The notes: a model not told the origin generated them from the sequence alone. 64,000 bases of DNA from an uncultured bacterium (GCA_963827235.1 CAWHAE010000009.1:992001-1056000), one strand, 5' to 3'. Positions 21,252 through 32,320 are shown, counted from the stretch's first letter. A program made the numbers and translations.

Positions 21252-22376
21252 ATGCCGTACCCCGAGATAAGCCGGACTGATCTCGTGATAAAGAAACTGA
21301 GTGAGCGTAAGAACAAGGTTCTGATCGCAAGGGATCATGTTCCAGTTGCATCGGCTCCCAGGGCTCTCTCCATCCAGAGTCGGGAGCTGGTGAGAAAGGC
21401 CGCGGACAGGATCCGTAGAGCCCGGGATGCCGGCAGCTCGGTTATGCTGACGTTCGGTGCGCATACAATCAAGAACGGTATGGCTCCAACTCTGATCGCA
21501 CTGATCAAGGACGGCTGGGTCACGCATTTGGCTACGAATGGGGCCGGTATTATCCATGATTGGGAATTCGCGTTTCAGGGAATGTCTAGCGAGGATGTCA
21601 GGTCGAATGTCCATGACGGTCAGTTTGGTATCTGGGATGAGACTGGGTACTTCATCAATCTCGGCCTGATTGTCGGCGCGTTTGAGGGTCTTGGGTATGG
21701 CGAATCGATCGGCAGGATGATCTCTCGGGAGTGCCTCGAGATACCTGATGTCAGGGATCTTTACGCTGAGATCGATCGAATCAAGCTCACCGATCCCGAT
21801 AGGTGCGCGGCCATATTCGACTTACTCAGTACTCTAGCTTCATTCAACCTCAACTGCGGCTCTCTGAAGATCCCTCACCCGTACAAGCAGTATTCCATTC
21901 AGGCGTCGGCATATGAGTTGAAGATACCGTTTACCGGGCATCCAATGTTCGGTCACGATATCATTTACAATCATCCGATGAATTCTGGCGCGGCCATTGG
22001 CCGGACTGCGCTCAGGGACTTCCTGTGCTTTGCCGAGAGTGTAACAGGGCTTGAAAGGGGAGTATATCTGTCGGTTGGCTCTGCAGTGATGTCGCCGATG
22101 ATCTTTGAGAAGTCACTTTCGATGGCGCAGAATCTGGCGATCCAGCACGGAAAGCGCATTGAGAACCACTACATGCTGGTCGTTGACCTTGCCGAGGCGA
22201 ACTGGGACTGGCATCGCGATGGTGAGCCGCCGGTCAACCATGCCGCCTACTATTTGCGATACTGCAAGACGTTCAGCCGAATGGGCGGGGAGATGGACTA
22301 TCTGACAATGGATAACCGGGATTTTCTGCTGGCGTTGCATCAAGAGCTGCAAGGTGGCGAAGGTGGAGCTGTATAG
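21252..22376 (+). CDS. Uncharacterised deoxyhypusine-synthase-like (DHS/NAD-binding fold) protein
   Basis: FGAHTIKNG, HLATNGAG.IHD.E and GSAVMSP.IFEK motifs resemble DHS-like hypothetical proteins; RBS GGAG; lower GC. Confidence 0.65.
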   Translation: MPYPEISRTDLVIKKLSERKNKVLIARDHVPVASAPRALSIQSRELVRKAADRIRRARDAGSSVMLTFGAHTIKNGMAPTLIALIKDGWVTHLATNGAGIIHDWEFAFQGMSSEDVRSNVHDGQFGIWDETGYFINLGLIVGAFEGLGYGESIGRMISRECLEIPDVRDLYAEIDRIKLTDPDRCAAIFDLLSTLASFNLNCGSLKIPHPYKQYSIQASAYELKIPFTGHPMFGHDIIYNHPMNSGAAIGRTALRDFLCFAESVTGLERGVYLSVGSAVMSPMIFEKSLSMAQNLAIQHGKRIENHYMLVVDLAEANWDWHRDGEPPVNHAAYYLRYCKTFSRMGGEMDYLTMDNRDFLLALHQELQGGEGGAV

Positions 22377-22378
22377 CG

Positions 22379-23520
22379 GTGCGGCGTCTGGCGGCTATAT
22401 ATCCTGGCCGCATCCCTGTTCTACTTGCTCCCCGCGCACAGCATTGGCGCATCAGCGGTTCGTGCGGAAGCCGGCTACCAGCGCAGCGAAGCCACGGTGT
22501 TTCAACAGGCCATGGCTGCGCTGCCGATGACGACGACCTTCGCCACGTTCACCGACTGGGCGCTGATCAAGCAGTATGACGATGCGGCCCAGCTGACCAG
22601 CGCCAGTTCTGCGGCAGCCCAGCGCAGGGTCTTTGCCGATCCGCGGCAAGCATATACCTACGCGCTCGGCCTCGATGACCTGACCCTCGAGCCTCAGGCT
22701 TAGGCCCGGGATTGGTCGTGGGGCCTTCTGGACCTGCTCTGGGCGGCAGACGTGCAGGAGACGATCGGCGATTCCGGGACCGGTGCCAGCATCCTGCGGT
22801 TCCGGGAGGACTTCGATTTCGCACCCGTCATCGCCCACTACGCACGGCGCAAGTTCGCCAAGGCAACGTACAGCGGCGCCACCATCTACACGCAGTCGCC
22901 GGCTGCCCTCGGCTTCGGCCCCTCGGCGCTGGCGGTGTCGAACACGGCGATCGACCAGGCGCGGCATATCATGGTGGTGTCCGGCAACCTCCAGACGCTG
23001 CACGCGCTCATCGACGCCTACCGGGGGCACTGCGCCCGGGCTCGCTGGCCTGCCAACGGCAAGCGACACGATCGCGGGTCTCGGTGCGCTCGCGTCCGGC
23101 GCGTTGCTGCAGCCGGCGTCGTCGGCCTGCCAGAACAACCTGCCATCGCTTTCCGTCAGCGGCGAGCTCGATACATACAAGAAGGCGTTCCTCAAGCTGC
23201 TGCAATTGCGCTCGCACTTGCACCTGATCGACGCGCTCGGCATCGGATACCGGTACGAGGGCAGCGAGGCCGTCATCGTCGTCTCTTTGCAATTCGGCAG
23301 CGCTGCCGATGCCAAAGCAGACCCGTATGTTCGGCGCTCGCTCGCACAGCAAGGCATCAGCCAGTCCTCTGGCAAGCCGTACAGCCAGTTGTTCTCGCTG
23401 CAGAGCGTCTCGGTCGTGGGCAGCAGCCTGGTCCTGCGCCTGTATCCCGTGCAGAACCGGCCCAGTATCGTCTTCCAGTTGCTCGACAACAGGGACCTAC
23501 TCTTCGCGATGTGCCCGTAG
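22379..23520 (+). pseudogene. Disrupted secreted protein (frameshift near 22400, TAG at 22701, frameshift near 23030)
   Basis: ORFs 22425..22703, 22752.. and 22783..23520 join into one signal-peptide-bearing protein ending DLLFAMCP. Confidence 0.7.
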
Positions 23521-23843
23521 AGCGCCGGCGGTGCACGCCGATGTTTACGCCGCCGTCGTGCCTCTTCGAGCCGGTGTCGCCGGGTCGTTGTCATATGCTT
23601 CGTAGTCGACAAGCGAATTGAGGCCCTGGCCGGACAGCAGAAAGCCCACCTTAAAGTAGGCTGCCTGCGCGCTGGACGGGGTGCGCCAGGACCCTGCGTG
23701 CGGGACGTCTTCGCGGCGGTGGTGGTCTACGCGAACGGCGAGGATGCACGGCCGTGGTGGGCGTTCACGCCGGCGCGCAAGGCCCGTGATGGGCAGATAA
23801 CCGGAAGAGGCAGAACGGGAGCGTGCTGACGCTCCGGCCGGGA

Positions 23844-24062
23844 TCACGGCCGATAGCCGGCGTCCATCCACTGCCGGAACAACGCTACACGCTCGGGCGG
23901 CCAGGCACCATCACAGGGCATGTCGCCGCTGGCGAGCTGTGCATGGATGGCGTCGGCATGGTCGCGCACGGCCGCATAATCGCTCAAGTCGAAGGCATAC
24001 CGCATTGCCTGTACGTCCCGATCGCGGAATAGGGGACGAATATCCTGCGCAAAGCCTGGCAC
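23844..24062 (-). CDS. Small conserved hypothetical protein (FxxDIRPLF...MPCDGAWP...LFRQW)
   Basis: RBS GAGGAG before GTG; pattern resembles a cytochrome-c-like fold but has no CxxCH. Confidence 0.75.
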   Translation of the reverse strand: MPGFAQDIRPLFRDRDVQAMRYAFDLSDYAAVRDHADAIHAQLASGDMPCDGAWPPERVALFRQWMDAGYRP

Positions 24063-24662
24063 GACCGCACTCCTCTCGATCTCCAAGACGAAATACCGAT
24101 TGTCGAACTGCCGGAGCATGCCTCTGGGCGTATGCCCGAGTCTTCCCTTGATCATTGTGACAGTTATTTGTTCAGACGGTCAGGAAGGGCGCAGGACTTG
24201 GCGTCCAATGATAGGACACGGTCATTCGCAGGCGCGGCTGCTGCCTGTTTGGGCCACCAGACGATGATTGCGGCCCCTGTGGTTGGCCGGACGGTGAGAT
24301 ATTCACGCTTTGCTTCCTGTGTCAACGGTTCTGGGTGCATTTCCGCTTCTAGGGGTGTCATCGAGCAGGTGCTGGCAGCCAGCAGCGTACCGGCAACGGT
24401 TTGATAGTCTCGCCGGGCAAACCCCGTGCGATTGCATAGACAGCCGCCGCGGCGCCAGACATCCTTGGGACATCTGCTACGTGCTGGCAGCGCCAAGAGC
24501 GGATCAGCACGCCGTGGACGCATAGCCAGTGCGGAACATTGCAGCAGGGCTCACCGACCTCGATTCGTGCGCTTAACTGCTCGCAGTGCGAGAATAGACG
24601 GCGTATGCGGTCCGGAGAACATGGCACCGTTGGGCGACGTGTAAGGATAAGAGGTGCGGTCT

Positions 24663-25088
24663 ATGGAGCACTCGGAGGTCATCAAGGAGATCTACCAGCG
24701 CAGCTACGAGATGTACTCGAGCGGCGATGCCGCCGTCACGGCCCGTTTCGTCTCCCGCCATCCGGGCGCGCTGATCCTTGGCACCGATCCGGCGGAATGG
24801 ATCGAGGGCGCGGACCAGATTGTCGACGTTATCCCAACCTACGCCCCGATACTGGGCCAAGCCGGCATCACCCTCCGTCCGGGCGAATGCCGCGCTTACG
24901 TTGAGGGGAACGTCGGCTGGGTCATCGACAACCCGGCATTCACGCGGAATGGGCGCCAGTATCTGTGCCGTGCAACAACGATCCTCCATCAGGAGGAGGG
25001 CGGATGGAAGATCGTGCATCAGCATTTCTCCTTCGGCGTTTCAAACGACGAGGTGGAGGTTTTCAAGGACGTAGCGGCGTCGCCGTAG
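24663..25088 (+). CDS. SnoaL/NTF2-like protein
   Basis: IGTDP.EW, EG.VGWV and WKIVHQHFSFGV motifs. Confidence 0.88.
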   Translation: MEHSEVIKEIYQRSYEMYSSGDAAVTARFVSRHPGALILGTDPAEWIEGADQIVDVIPTYAPILGQAGITLRPGECRAYVEGNVGWVIDNPAFTRNGRQYLCRATTILHQEEGGWKIVHQHFSFGVSNDEVEVFKDVAASP

Positions 25089-25297
25089 CTCTGCGGCACG
25101 GCCTGGGGCTGCGTCCGGATCTTGCGGTCGGCGAGGGTGAACAGGAGGGCGACGGCACTGACGCCGATCATGATCAGGGCGATGACGTGCAAACGGTGAT
25201 CGGTGACGCTCGTGTGAGAGACAATGCTGATCATGGCCGAGGAGGCGCTGGAGCCGAGGTAGCTGAAGGTACGGAACAGACCCGAGGCGGCGCCGAC
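25089..25297 (-). pseudogene. C-terminal remnant of an MFS (DHA2-type) transporter
   Basis: GAASGLFRTFSYLGSSASSAMISIV followed by one TM helix; no upstream part present. Confidence 0.6.
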
Positions 25298-26079
25298 TGA
25301 CGCAGTTTCCTCTTGCTGGATCCACGACGATTCTACGGGAGAGGGCCAGTCCGTAATAGGGTGGAAGAATTGGGTCCGACGGCTCGCTCGGGCAAGACGC
25401 GGGGCGTGCGCGGGCAGTGCGGAACACGTGTCAATACTCGTGCTGACGAGGCGAGCGCGCGCTGGCTGGGTTCACCGCTCGGCGGCGCAGCGTCGTCAAT
25501 TCGGATCCAGGTTTGAGCCGCGGACCCCGGCTAGAAGCAGTCTGAGCACTTGACCCCCGGCTCCACTGCGGTGCCGAATCACCCATATGGGTCTGCCGTA
25601 CCCGGTGGAAGCTCCACTGCTTTGGGCTCACCGGCTGAGCCAGAGCTGTTCGGAGGACCGCGGCACACCCACAGGCATTCTCCTCTGGTGCGGCGATCCT
25701 GCGCCGAGCTCGTTTTCTGACGACCTATACCACGGGACGTAGTACCATGTGGAGCATAGGCCGCCCGTGCCGGCGTCCCCGCGCGGGGGCGCGGGGCGCA
25801 GCATGCGGACGCCTGGGTCGCCGTCCCGGCGAGGCGGGGACGCGTCCCGACGCGCCGGCGAGCATGCTCACGTGGTTGATGGGCACCACGGCACGCTCAG
25901 CCACGATGCCTGGACCGTCGAGTGGGCGGTCATCGTATCGTGTCCCGTAGCGGGCGCTCGCGACATGAGTGCGCCAGTGGGGCTGAGTTGCTGCGGGGAG
26001 CTTGGGCGAGCCCCGGGGCCCACGAGGCGGTTGCGGCGCAGTGCAGGTCAACCTGGATGTCCCCAATGAAAGTGAACCA

Positions 26080-26982
26080 GTGAATCACAACGAGGCCAAG
26101 AACAGCAGTATCGACGGCGAGGAGCGGCGAGACGGTGTGCTCAGCAGTGCCGGCATGGCGCCGGCTCCTGAAGTACGCGAGGAAGCAGCGCCCCGTGCTC
26201 CCACGGCACGGAGGATGCGCATCCCTGCGCGCCACAACGCGAAGCTCAGTCAGATCGTAGACCGCATGAACGACGATATCGAGCTGCAACAGCTCTGGAA
26301 GTGTGCCAACGTCACGGCGGTTGAGCGACTCACCATGTCCGACCACGGGCCGGTCCACGTGCGGATCGTGACCAACATTGCCCTGCGCTTGCTCCGCCTG
26401 CTGGCCGAGGCAAACATCGCATTCGGCATCGTGCGCGACTTTGCTATGCAGTCAGACGATGCCGAGGTCGTGGTGGTGTTGGCAGCCTCGATGCATGACG
26501 TCGGCATGAGCATTCACCGGCCCAATCACGAGCAATACAGCTTGATGCTCGCCGCTCCAATTATCAGAAGGCTGCTCACGGGCATTTATGAAGAGCCTGA
26601 GCGCACCATCGTGACGAGTGAGACGCTGCACGCCATCATCAGCCATCGTTCTGACATGCGTGGCCTCACTGCCGAGGCGGGCTGTGTGAAGGTGGCGGAC
26701 GCGCTGGACATGGCCGAGGGCCGATCCCGCATCGGCTTCCAGACCGGCAAGATCGACGTGCACTCGCTCTCGGCCGCGGCGATCGACACGGTCACCATTC
26801 AGCGCGGTGAGCATCGGCCGATCGGCATTAGCGTGGCGATGAACAATTCAGCCGGTATTTTCCAGCTTGACGAGCTCCTCAAACCCAAGATCGCGACGTC
26901 GGGAATCGCCGAGTATATCGAGGTACATGCGAGCATCGAGGGCGAGACCGAGCGACGACTGCTGCCCGTGTACAACCTCTGA
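26080..26982 (+). CDS. HD-domain metal-dependent phosphohydrolase
   Basis: SDHGPVH, MHDVG, HAIISH and KVADALD motifs; start uncertain. Confidence 0.88.
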   Translation: MNHNEAKNSSIDGEERRDGVLSSAGMAPAPEVREEAAPRAPTARRMRIPARHNAKLSQIVDRMNDDIELQQLWKCANVTAVERLTMSDHGPVHVRIVTNIALRLLRLLAEANIAFGIVRDFAMQSDDAEVVVVLAASMHDVGMSIHRPNHEQYSLMLAAPIIRRLLTGIYEEPERTIVTSETLHAIISHRSDMRGLTAEAGCVKVADALDMAEGRSRIGFQTGKIDVHSLSAAAIDTVTIQRGEHRPIGISVAMNNSAGIFQLDELLKPKIATSGIAEYIEVHASIEGETERRLLPVYNL

Positions 26983-26999
26983 CGGCGATGGTCACCAGC

Positions 27000-27265
27000 C
27001 GCCCGGTGGCGTCGTGCGGCTCCACGACCTCATCTACGACTTCCAGCCCGCCGACGCAGCAGAGGTCTTCGGCCGCTGGCTCGATGCCGCTGCGCAAGAC
27101 GCGGCAAGTGGCTATACCTGCGACGACTTTGCCACGCATATTCGCACTGAACACAGCACCTTCCGGTGGCTGTTCGAGCCCATGCTCGCCGCCGCAGGGC
27201 TCGACGTCGTGACTGCCCACTTTGACCGCTCGGTGGATGGAGCCTATACGTGCGTGAAGCGCTGA
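27000..27265 (+). pseudogene. C-terminal remnant of a class I SAM methyltransferase
   Basis: PGG.VRLHDLIYDF...EHSTFRWL.EPML.AAG; lacks the N-terminal SAM-binding motif and a start. Confidence 0.6.
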
Positions 27266-27472
27266 ACCGTCTATGGTCAGGTACCGCGGCCGCGATGAGT
27301 CGCGCTCGAGCGTCACATGGGGCTGTCCGGCGCCGGCTTTGAGCCCGCGGCGTGCACGTCATCGTGGCCACGGTCCAAGCTGGTTGGGCACCCCTCGGCG
27401 GTGAGGCGGCCGCCGGCCGCTAGGCGAGAACTGTCACGCATCTTGCGGAGCACACGATCTCGTGCTAGGATG

Positions 27473-27490
27473 ATAGAAATCGATTTCTAT
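27473..27490. promoter_or_regulatory. LacI-family operator upstream of sugar ABC operon 2
   Basis: Perfect 18-bp palindrome ATAGAAATCGATTTCTAT with central CG, just downstream of TTGCGG-17 bp-TAGGAT; LacI gene at 31310. Confidence 0.8.
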
Positions 27491-27709
27491 GTGGACCCGG
27501 CGGCGGTGAGATGAGTTGTTGAATGCATGCACCGCTATGTTGGCGTCACACAGAGAGAAAGGAGGCAACAGGTCTTTGCTACGTCCGAATCATGGGTCAG
27601 CTCCCTGCGTGGCTCGGCTTCAGGACTCGCTGACGAGCAGGTCGAGCCGGCGAGAGCACAGCGTGATTCGGCCAAAGGAGTGCATTGTCCGCTACTGAGG
27701 AAGAAGGAG

Positions 27710-29068
27710 ATGACGTTGAAGTCCAGCACGTTTCTCGTGTCAGCGTTACTGACCACGGCCACGGTGCTTTCACTGACCCCGGCGCTTCCGGCCACTGTCC
27801 ATGCCGCCAGGGTGGCGGATAGCGCGACACTCAATGCGCCTGCCGTGCCCAACGCCGCCGCGCTGAAAGCCAAGTACGGCGGCACCAGCATCACCTACGT
27901 GGGCGGCTCGGTCGGCAGTGACCATAACCGCGACCTCATTCTCGCCGCGGAGTTCACCAAGGACACGGGCATCGGGGTCAACATCGTCGAGGGTGCTGCT
28001 TCGTCCACCGACCACTACTCCCAGCTGGTGCGCAACTTCCAGGGCAAGTCGAGCGCCTTCGACGTGATGGTGATCGACGTGATCTGGCCGGGCGCCTTTG
28101 CTCCCTACCTGGTGGACCTCAAGTCCTACTTCAGCAGTGCCGAGATCGCACGGCAGGCACCGGGCATCGTCGCCAACGACACGGTGGGCGGTCACCTGGT
28201 CGCCATGCCCTGGTTCGGCGATTTCGGCATCCTCTACTATCGCACCGACCTGCTCAAGAAGTACGGCTTCAGCGCGCCACCCACCACCTGGGACCAGCTC
28301 ACCACGATGGCCACGACCATCGCGACGGGCGAGCGCAAGTCCAACGCGAACTTTTCCGGTTTCGTCTTCCAGGGCGACTCCTACGAGGGCCTGACCTGTG
28401 ACGCACTCGAATGGCTGGCCTCCAGCGGCACGCCCGGCTTCATCGTGAATGGCAAGGCGGATCTGAACAACCCAGCCTTCATCAAGATGCTCACCCTGGT
28501 GAAGGGCTGGGTGGGCACGATCAGCCCGCGCGGCGTCACCAGCATGGAGGAGGAGGGGGCCCGCAATATCTTCGACTCCGGCAACGCGGCGTTCATGCGC
28601 AACTGGCCCTATGCGTACGCCCTATCCGCGGCCAAGGGCAGCAAAGTCGCCGGCAAGTTTGACGTGACCACGCTCCCCGCCGAGCCGGGCAGCAAGCCGG
28701 TAGGCACCGTCGGTGGCTGGCAGTTGGCCGTGTCCAAGTACTCCAAGAACATCCCTGCCTCGGTGGAGTTCGTGCGCTATCTGACCAGCCCGGCGGTCGA
28801 GAAGTTCGATGCCCTGTTTGCCAGCTACGTGCCGACCATCGCCTCGGTGGCCAACGACGCCACCGTGCGCGCCGCGAACCCCTATCTGAAGCCCGCCATT
28901 GCCAACGTCATGCGCGTGGCACGGCCGGCCGGTCTGCTGGGCATCAACTACCAGCAGGCCTCGACAGACATCTATCAGGGCATCAACCAGGTGCTCAACG
29001 GCTCGAATCCCTCCTCCGTGCTGCCGGGGATCGACAGCAAGCTGAACGCCCTGATGGCCAAACACTAG
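27710..29068 (+). CDS. Sugar ABC substrate-binding protein (trehalose/maltose ThuE-like)
   Basis: DVIWPG, LYYRTDLL.KYG, YEGLTCDALEW, FMRNWPYA and GGWQLAV motifs; RBS AAGGAG. Confidence 0.92.
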   Translation: MTLKSSTFLVSALLTTATVLSLTPALPATVHAARVADSATLNAPAVPNAAALKAKYGGTSITYVGGSVGSDHNRDLILAAEFTKDTGIGVNIVEGAASSTDHYSQLVRNFQGKSSAFDVMVIDVIWPGAFAPYLVDLKSYFSSAEIARQAPGIVANDTVGGHLVAMPWFGDFGILYYRTDLLKKYGFSAPPTTWDQLTTMATTIATGERKSNANFSGFVFQGDSYEGLTCDALEWLASSGTPGFIVNGKADLNNPAFIKMLTLVKGWVGTISPRGVTSMEEEGARNIFDSGNAAFMRNWPYAYALSAAKGSKVAGKFDVTTLPAEPGSKPVGTVGGWQLAVSKYSKNIPASVEFVRYLTSPAVEKFDALFASYVPTIASVANDATVRAANPYLKPAIANVMRVARPAGLLGINYQQASTDIYQGINQVLNGSNPSSVLPGIDSKLNALMAKH

Positions 29069-29107
29069 GCGACCCAGCGCGCGGCACCTAGCGTCCCACG
29101 TTGATAC

Positions 29108-29139
29108 GCCGGGACTGGAAGGCAGCTTCCAGTCCCGGC
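29108..29139 (+). terminator. Intercistronic stem-loop after the SBP gene
   Basis: Perfect 14-bp stem GCCGGGACTGGAAG-GCAG-CTTCCAGTCCCGGC. Confidence 0.7.
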
Positions 29140-29156
29140 CAGTGCCCGGAGGGGAC

Positions 29157-30101
29157 ATGAACGAGCAAGTCAGCCTGCCGGCCGGTGCGGCCAAGCGGCG
29201 AGGCGGGCTCACCCTGCAAGCGCGGCAAGTCCGTCTGGCCTGGTTGATGCTGGTCCCGGCCCTGGCCGTGTTGGTCTTTGTCGCGTTGTACCCGTTGGTC
29301 CGCACGATCTACAGCAGCTTCACGAACGAGCAGTTTCTGGGCAGCGGCACCAAGTTCGTGGGGTTCGAGAACTACTACAACATCGTCACCAACAACGTCA
29401 ACGGCGGCTACCCCGACTTCTTCGCCGCGATCGGGACGACGCTCAAGTTCGCGGTGTGGTCCGTGGTGCTGGAGTTCATCATCGGGCTGGGCATCGCCCT
29501 GGTGCTCAACTCCCACTTCAAGGGCCGAGGCGGGATGCGCGCTGCCATGCTGGTGCCCTGGGCCATCCCGACCGTCGTCTCCTCCCAGATGTGGAAGTGG
29601 ATGCTCGACGATACCTTCGGCGTGGTGAACGACTTCCTGGTCAAGCTCCATGTCCTCAAGGCACCAGGACAGGCGTGGCTGGAAGACCCGAGCACGGCGC
29701 TGGCCTCGACCATCGCCGTGGACGTCTGGAAGACCACGCCGTTCGTGGCCCTGCTCCTGCTGGCCGGCCTGCAGGTCATCCCCACCGACATCTACGAGGC
29801 CGCTGCCGTGGATGGCGCCACGGGGCTGCAGAAGCTCTGGCGCATCACCCTGCCGCTGCTGCGGCCGGCGATCGCGGTCACCCTGATCTTCCGCACCCTG
29901 GACGCGATCCGCGTCTTCGATATCTTCAACGTGTTCTTCGGCAACCGCGCCGATACGCAGACCATGGCCACGACGATTCAGAATGAGATTGTGACGGGCA
30001 ATCAAGTGGGCTACGGCTCCGCCCTGAGCGTCGTGATGTTCTTGATCATCGCCGTCTTCGTCGTGCTCTACACGACGGTATTCAAGGTGGAGCAGCAATG
30101 A
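29157..30101 (+). CDS. Sugar ABC permease (ThuF/MalF-type)
   Basis: LVPWAIP, DVWKTTPF and YEAAAVDGA motifs. Confidence 0.93.
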   Translation: MNEQVSLPAGAAKRRGGLTLQARQVRLAWLMLVPALAVLVFVALYPLVRTIYSSFTNEQFLGSGTKFVGFENYYNIVTNNVNGGYPDFFAAIGTTLKFAVWSVVLEFIIGLGIALVLNSHFKGRGGMRAAMLVPWAIPTVVSSQMWKWMLDDTFGVVNDFLVKLHVLKAPGQAWLEDPSTALASTIAVDVWKTTPFVALLLLAGLQVIPTDIYEAAAVDGATGLQKLWRITLPLLRPAIAVTLIFRTLDAIRVFDIFNVFFGNRADTQTMATTIQNEIVTGNQVGYGSALSVVMFLIIAVFVVLYTTVFKVEQQ

Positions 30102-30997
30102 GCGTCACTACGATCCCAGGATCTGCCCGCGTTGCCCGGCTGCACCCGGCACGCGGCGCCCAGCGCCAGAACCTCCTGCTGCGGGGCCTCTTCTACGTGG
30201 TGATCGTCGTGATCGCCTTCTACATGCTGTTCCCGTTCTACTGGGCGATCCGGTCGGCCCTGACGCCGGAGACCGATCTGTTCCTCACGCCCGTGCAGTA
30301 CTTTCCCAGCCACCCGACGCTCGACAACTTCAATAGCGCCCTGACGGGCGGCGTGCTCAAGCCGGCCCTGATCAACTCGGCGATCGTCGCCGCCTCGGTG
30401 ACCCTGCTGTCGCTGGTCGTCGGCTCCTCCGCTGCGTACGCCCTCGGCCGTCTGCGCTTCCGCGGCCGCCTGGTGATGATGTATGTCATCCTCTCGATGA
30501 CCATCTTTCCCCAGATCGCCATCCTTGGCGCCCTGTATACCCTGTTCAGCGACTTCGGCCTGATCAACACCTCGTGGTCGCTGATCATCTCCTACCTGAT
30601 CTTCACCCTGCCGTTCACGATCTGGGTGCTGCAGAGCTTCTTCCGCACCATGCCGCGCGAGCTGGAGGAGTCGGCCTACGTCGACGGCGCCTCGCCGTTC
30701 CGTACCTTCTGGTCCATCATGCTGCCCCTGGCGGCCCCCGGACTGGTGACCACCGGGTTACTGGCGTTCATCAATGCCTGGAACGAGTACCTGTACGCCG
30801 TCTCGTTCCTGCAGACGTCGGATCACTATACCGTTCCCGTCACCATTGCCGCCTGGCCGGGCAACAGCCAGTACGCCCGCCCCTGGGGTGACATCATGGC
30901 GGCCACCGTGGTGGTGACTGTGCCCCTCATCGTCCTCGTCCTGATCTTCCAGCGGCGTCTCGTGGCCGGTCTCACCGCCGGCGCTGTGAAAGGGTAG
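30098..30997 (+). CDS. Sugar ABC permease (ThuG/MalG-type)
   Basis: LEESAYVDGA, AWNEY and GLTAGAVKG motifs; ATGA coupling to the previous gene. Confidence 0.93.
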   Translation: MSVTTIPGSARVARLHPARGAQRQNLLLRGLFYVVIVVIAFYMLFPFYWAIRSALTPETDLFLTPVQYFPSHPTLDNFNSALTGGVLKPALINSAIVAASVTLLSLVVGSSAAYALGRLRFRGRLVMMYVILSMTIFPQIAILGALYTLFSDFGLINTSWSLIISYLIFTLPFTIWVLQSFFRTMPRELEESAYVDGASPFRTFWSIMLPLAAPGLVTTGLLAFINAWNEYLYAVSFLQTSDHYTVPVTIAAWPGNSQYARPWGDIMAATVVVTVPLIVLVLIFQRRLVAGLTAGAVKG

Positions 30998-31309
30998 CGC
31001 ATCGCGATCGCCGATCGGGCCATACTTCACTACCGCGGTATCTCGATATCATGCAACAGCCTTCCCCGTGCGGCACGGCGGCCATGTTCCAGGCAGTACT
31101 CCCCGATGCGTCAAGGAGGTCAGGCAACCGTCCCGTGAAGATGGGCCACGAGCAGGCGCCTTCGCGGCGACTCAACCGGCGGACGCTGCGGCGCAGTAGC
31201 CCCCTGAGGAGAGACCTTCATGGTTGAGCGGCGAGCTAAGGTGCTATGGTAGTACTGACTCGATTAGCGCCAATGCATTTGCTTTGGCGATCTTAGGGAA
31301 TTTGGCGGC

Positions 31310-32320
31310 GTGTCGACGATAAAGGATGTGGCCGAGAGGGCTGGTGTTGCGCGCTCGACGGTGTCCCACGCGCTCAACGGCAACTATCCAGTCAGTGATG
31401 AAACGCGGAAAAGGGTGCTTGCTGCCGCGAGTCAGCTCGACTATCATCCTGACGCCATTGCCAGCAGTCTGCGTTCCCGGCGGACGCGTATCACGGGGCT
31501 GGCAATACCGCTCGACGTACCTGATCGCTCGTTGTCCCATAGCTCTTTCTCCCAGTTCATCGAATGCATCGCTGACGAGCTAAGTCGCCACGATTACAGA
31601 TTGCTGTGCCTGATCTCGCGCAGCCCTCAGGCACCAGAACTGGTGCGGCTGGCGCGCGAAGGCCATGTGGACGGCATGCTGCTCCTTCAGATGCGTGTCG
31701 ATGACCCACGCGTTGACGCGCTGCGAGCGACGGGACTTCCATTTGTTGCCATGGGCAAGCCCGTCAGAACAAGAGACTGCATATGGGTCGAGCATGACCT
31801 TCGCGGCGGAGCGGGGATCGCCGTCGAACATTTGCTCCGCGGTGGACATCGGCGTATCGCCTTCCTTGGCGACAACCCTGTGTTTGGCTACCAGTACAAC
31901 GCTCTGGCCGGGTTCCGGCAGGCACACCGCACGTTCAAGCTCCCGTGGCAGCGTGAATTGGTCTTGCATTGTGAGGGCGTCCAGGAGGTTGGTACAGCCT
32001 TACGGCCTTTTGCAGATAGGAAAGACGGGCCGACGGCACTGATTACAACGACCGACATTGAGGCGGTGGCGGCATTGCATGCGCTAGTGGGTATGGGCCT
32101 GCGAGTGCCCGACGATGTGGCCATCGTAACGCTGGGCGACAGCGTGTTCACCCAGCTTGTGCAGCCCCCGATCACGGCAGTGTACTATTCGGTGGAGGAA
32201 TTCTGCCGGCTGGCAGTCCAGATGCTGCTCGCGATGATGTCGGGCCAGCATCCGGCACAGCGGCACCAGATTCTTCCAATGACGCTGATTCCGCGGGGCA
32301 GTACTACGTCGTCCCGGTAG
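31310..32320 (+). CDS. LacI family transcriptional regulator
   Basis: TIKDVAERAGVARSTVSHALN HTH, A.SL hinge and RVPDDVAIV. Confidence 0.95.
   Translation: MSTIKDVAERAGVARSTVSHALNGNYPVSDETRKRVLAAASQLDYHPDAIASSLRSRRTRITGLAIPLDVPDRSLSHSSFSQFIECIADELSRHDYRLLCLISRSPQAPELVRLAREGHVDGMLLLQMRVDDPRVDALRATGLPFVAMGKPVRTRDCIWVEHDLRGGAGIAVEHLLRGGHRRIAFLGDNPVFGYQYNALAGFRQAHRTFKLPWQRELVLHCEGVQEVGTALRPFADRKDGPTALITTTDIEAVAALHALVGMGLRVPDDVAIVTLGDSVFTQLVQPPITAVYYSVEEFCRLAVQMLLAMMSGQHPAQRHQILPMTLIPRGSTTSSR

Noticed and set aside
25422-25433. Additional LexA box GAACACGTGTCA
   Set aside because: Poor right half-site and no damage-related gene downstream.
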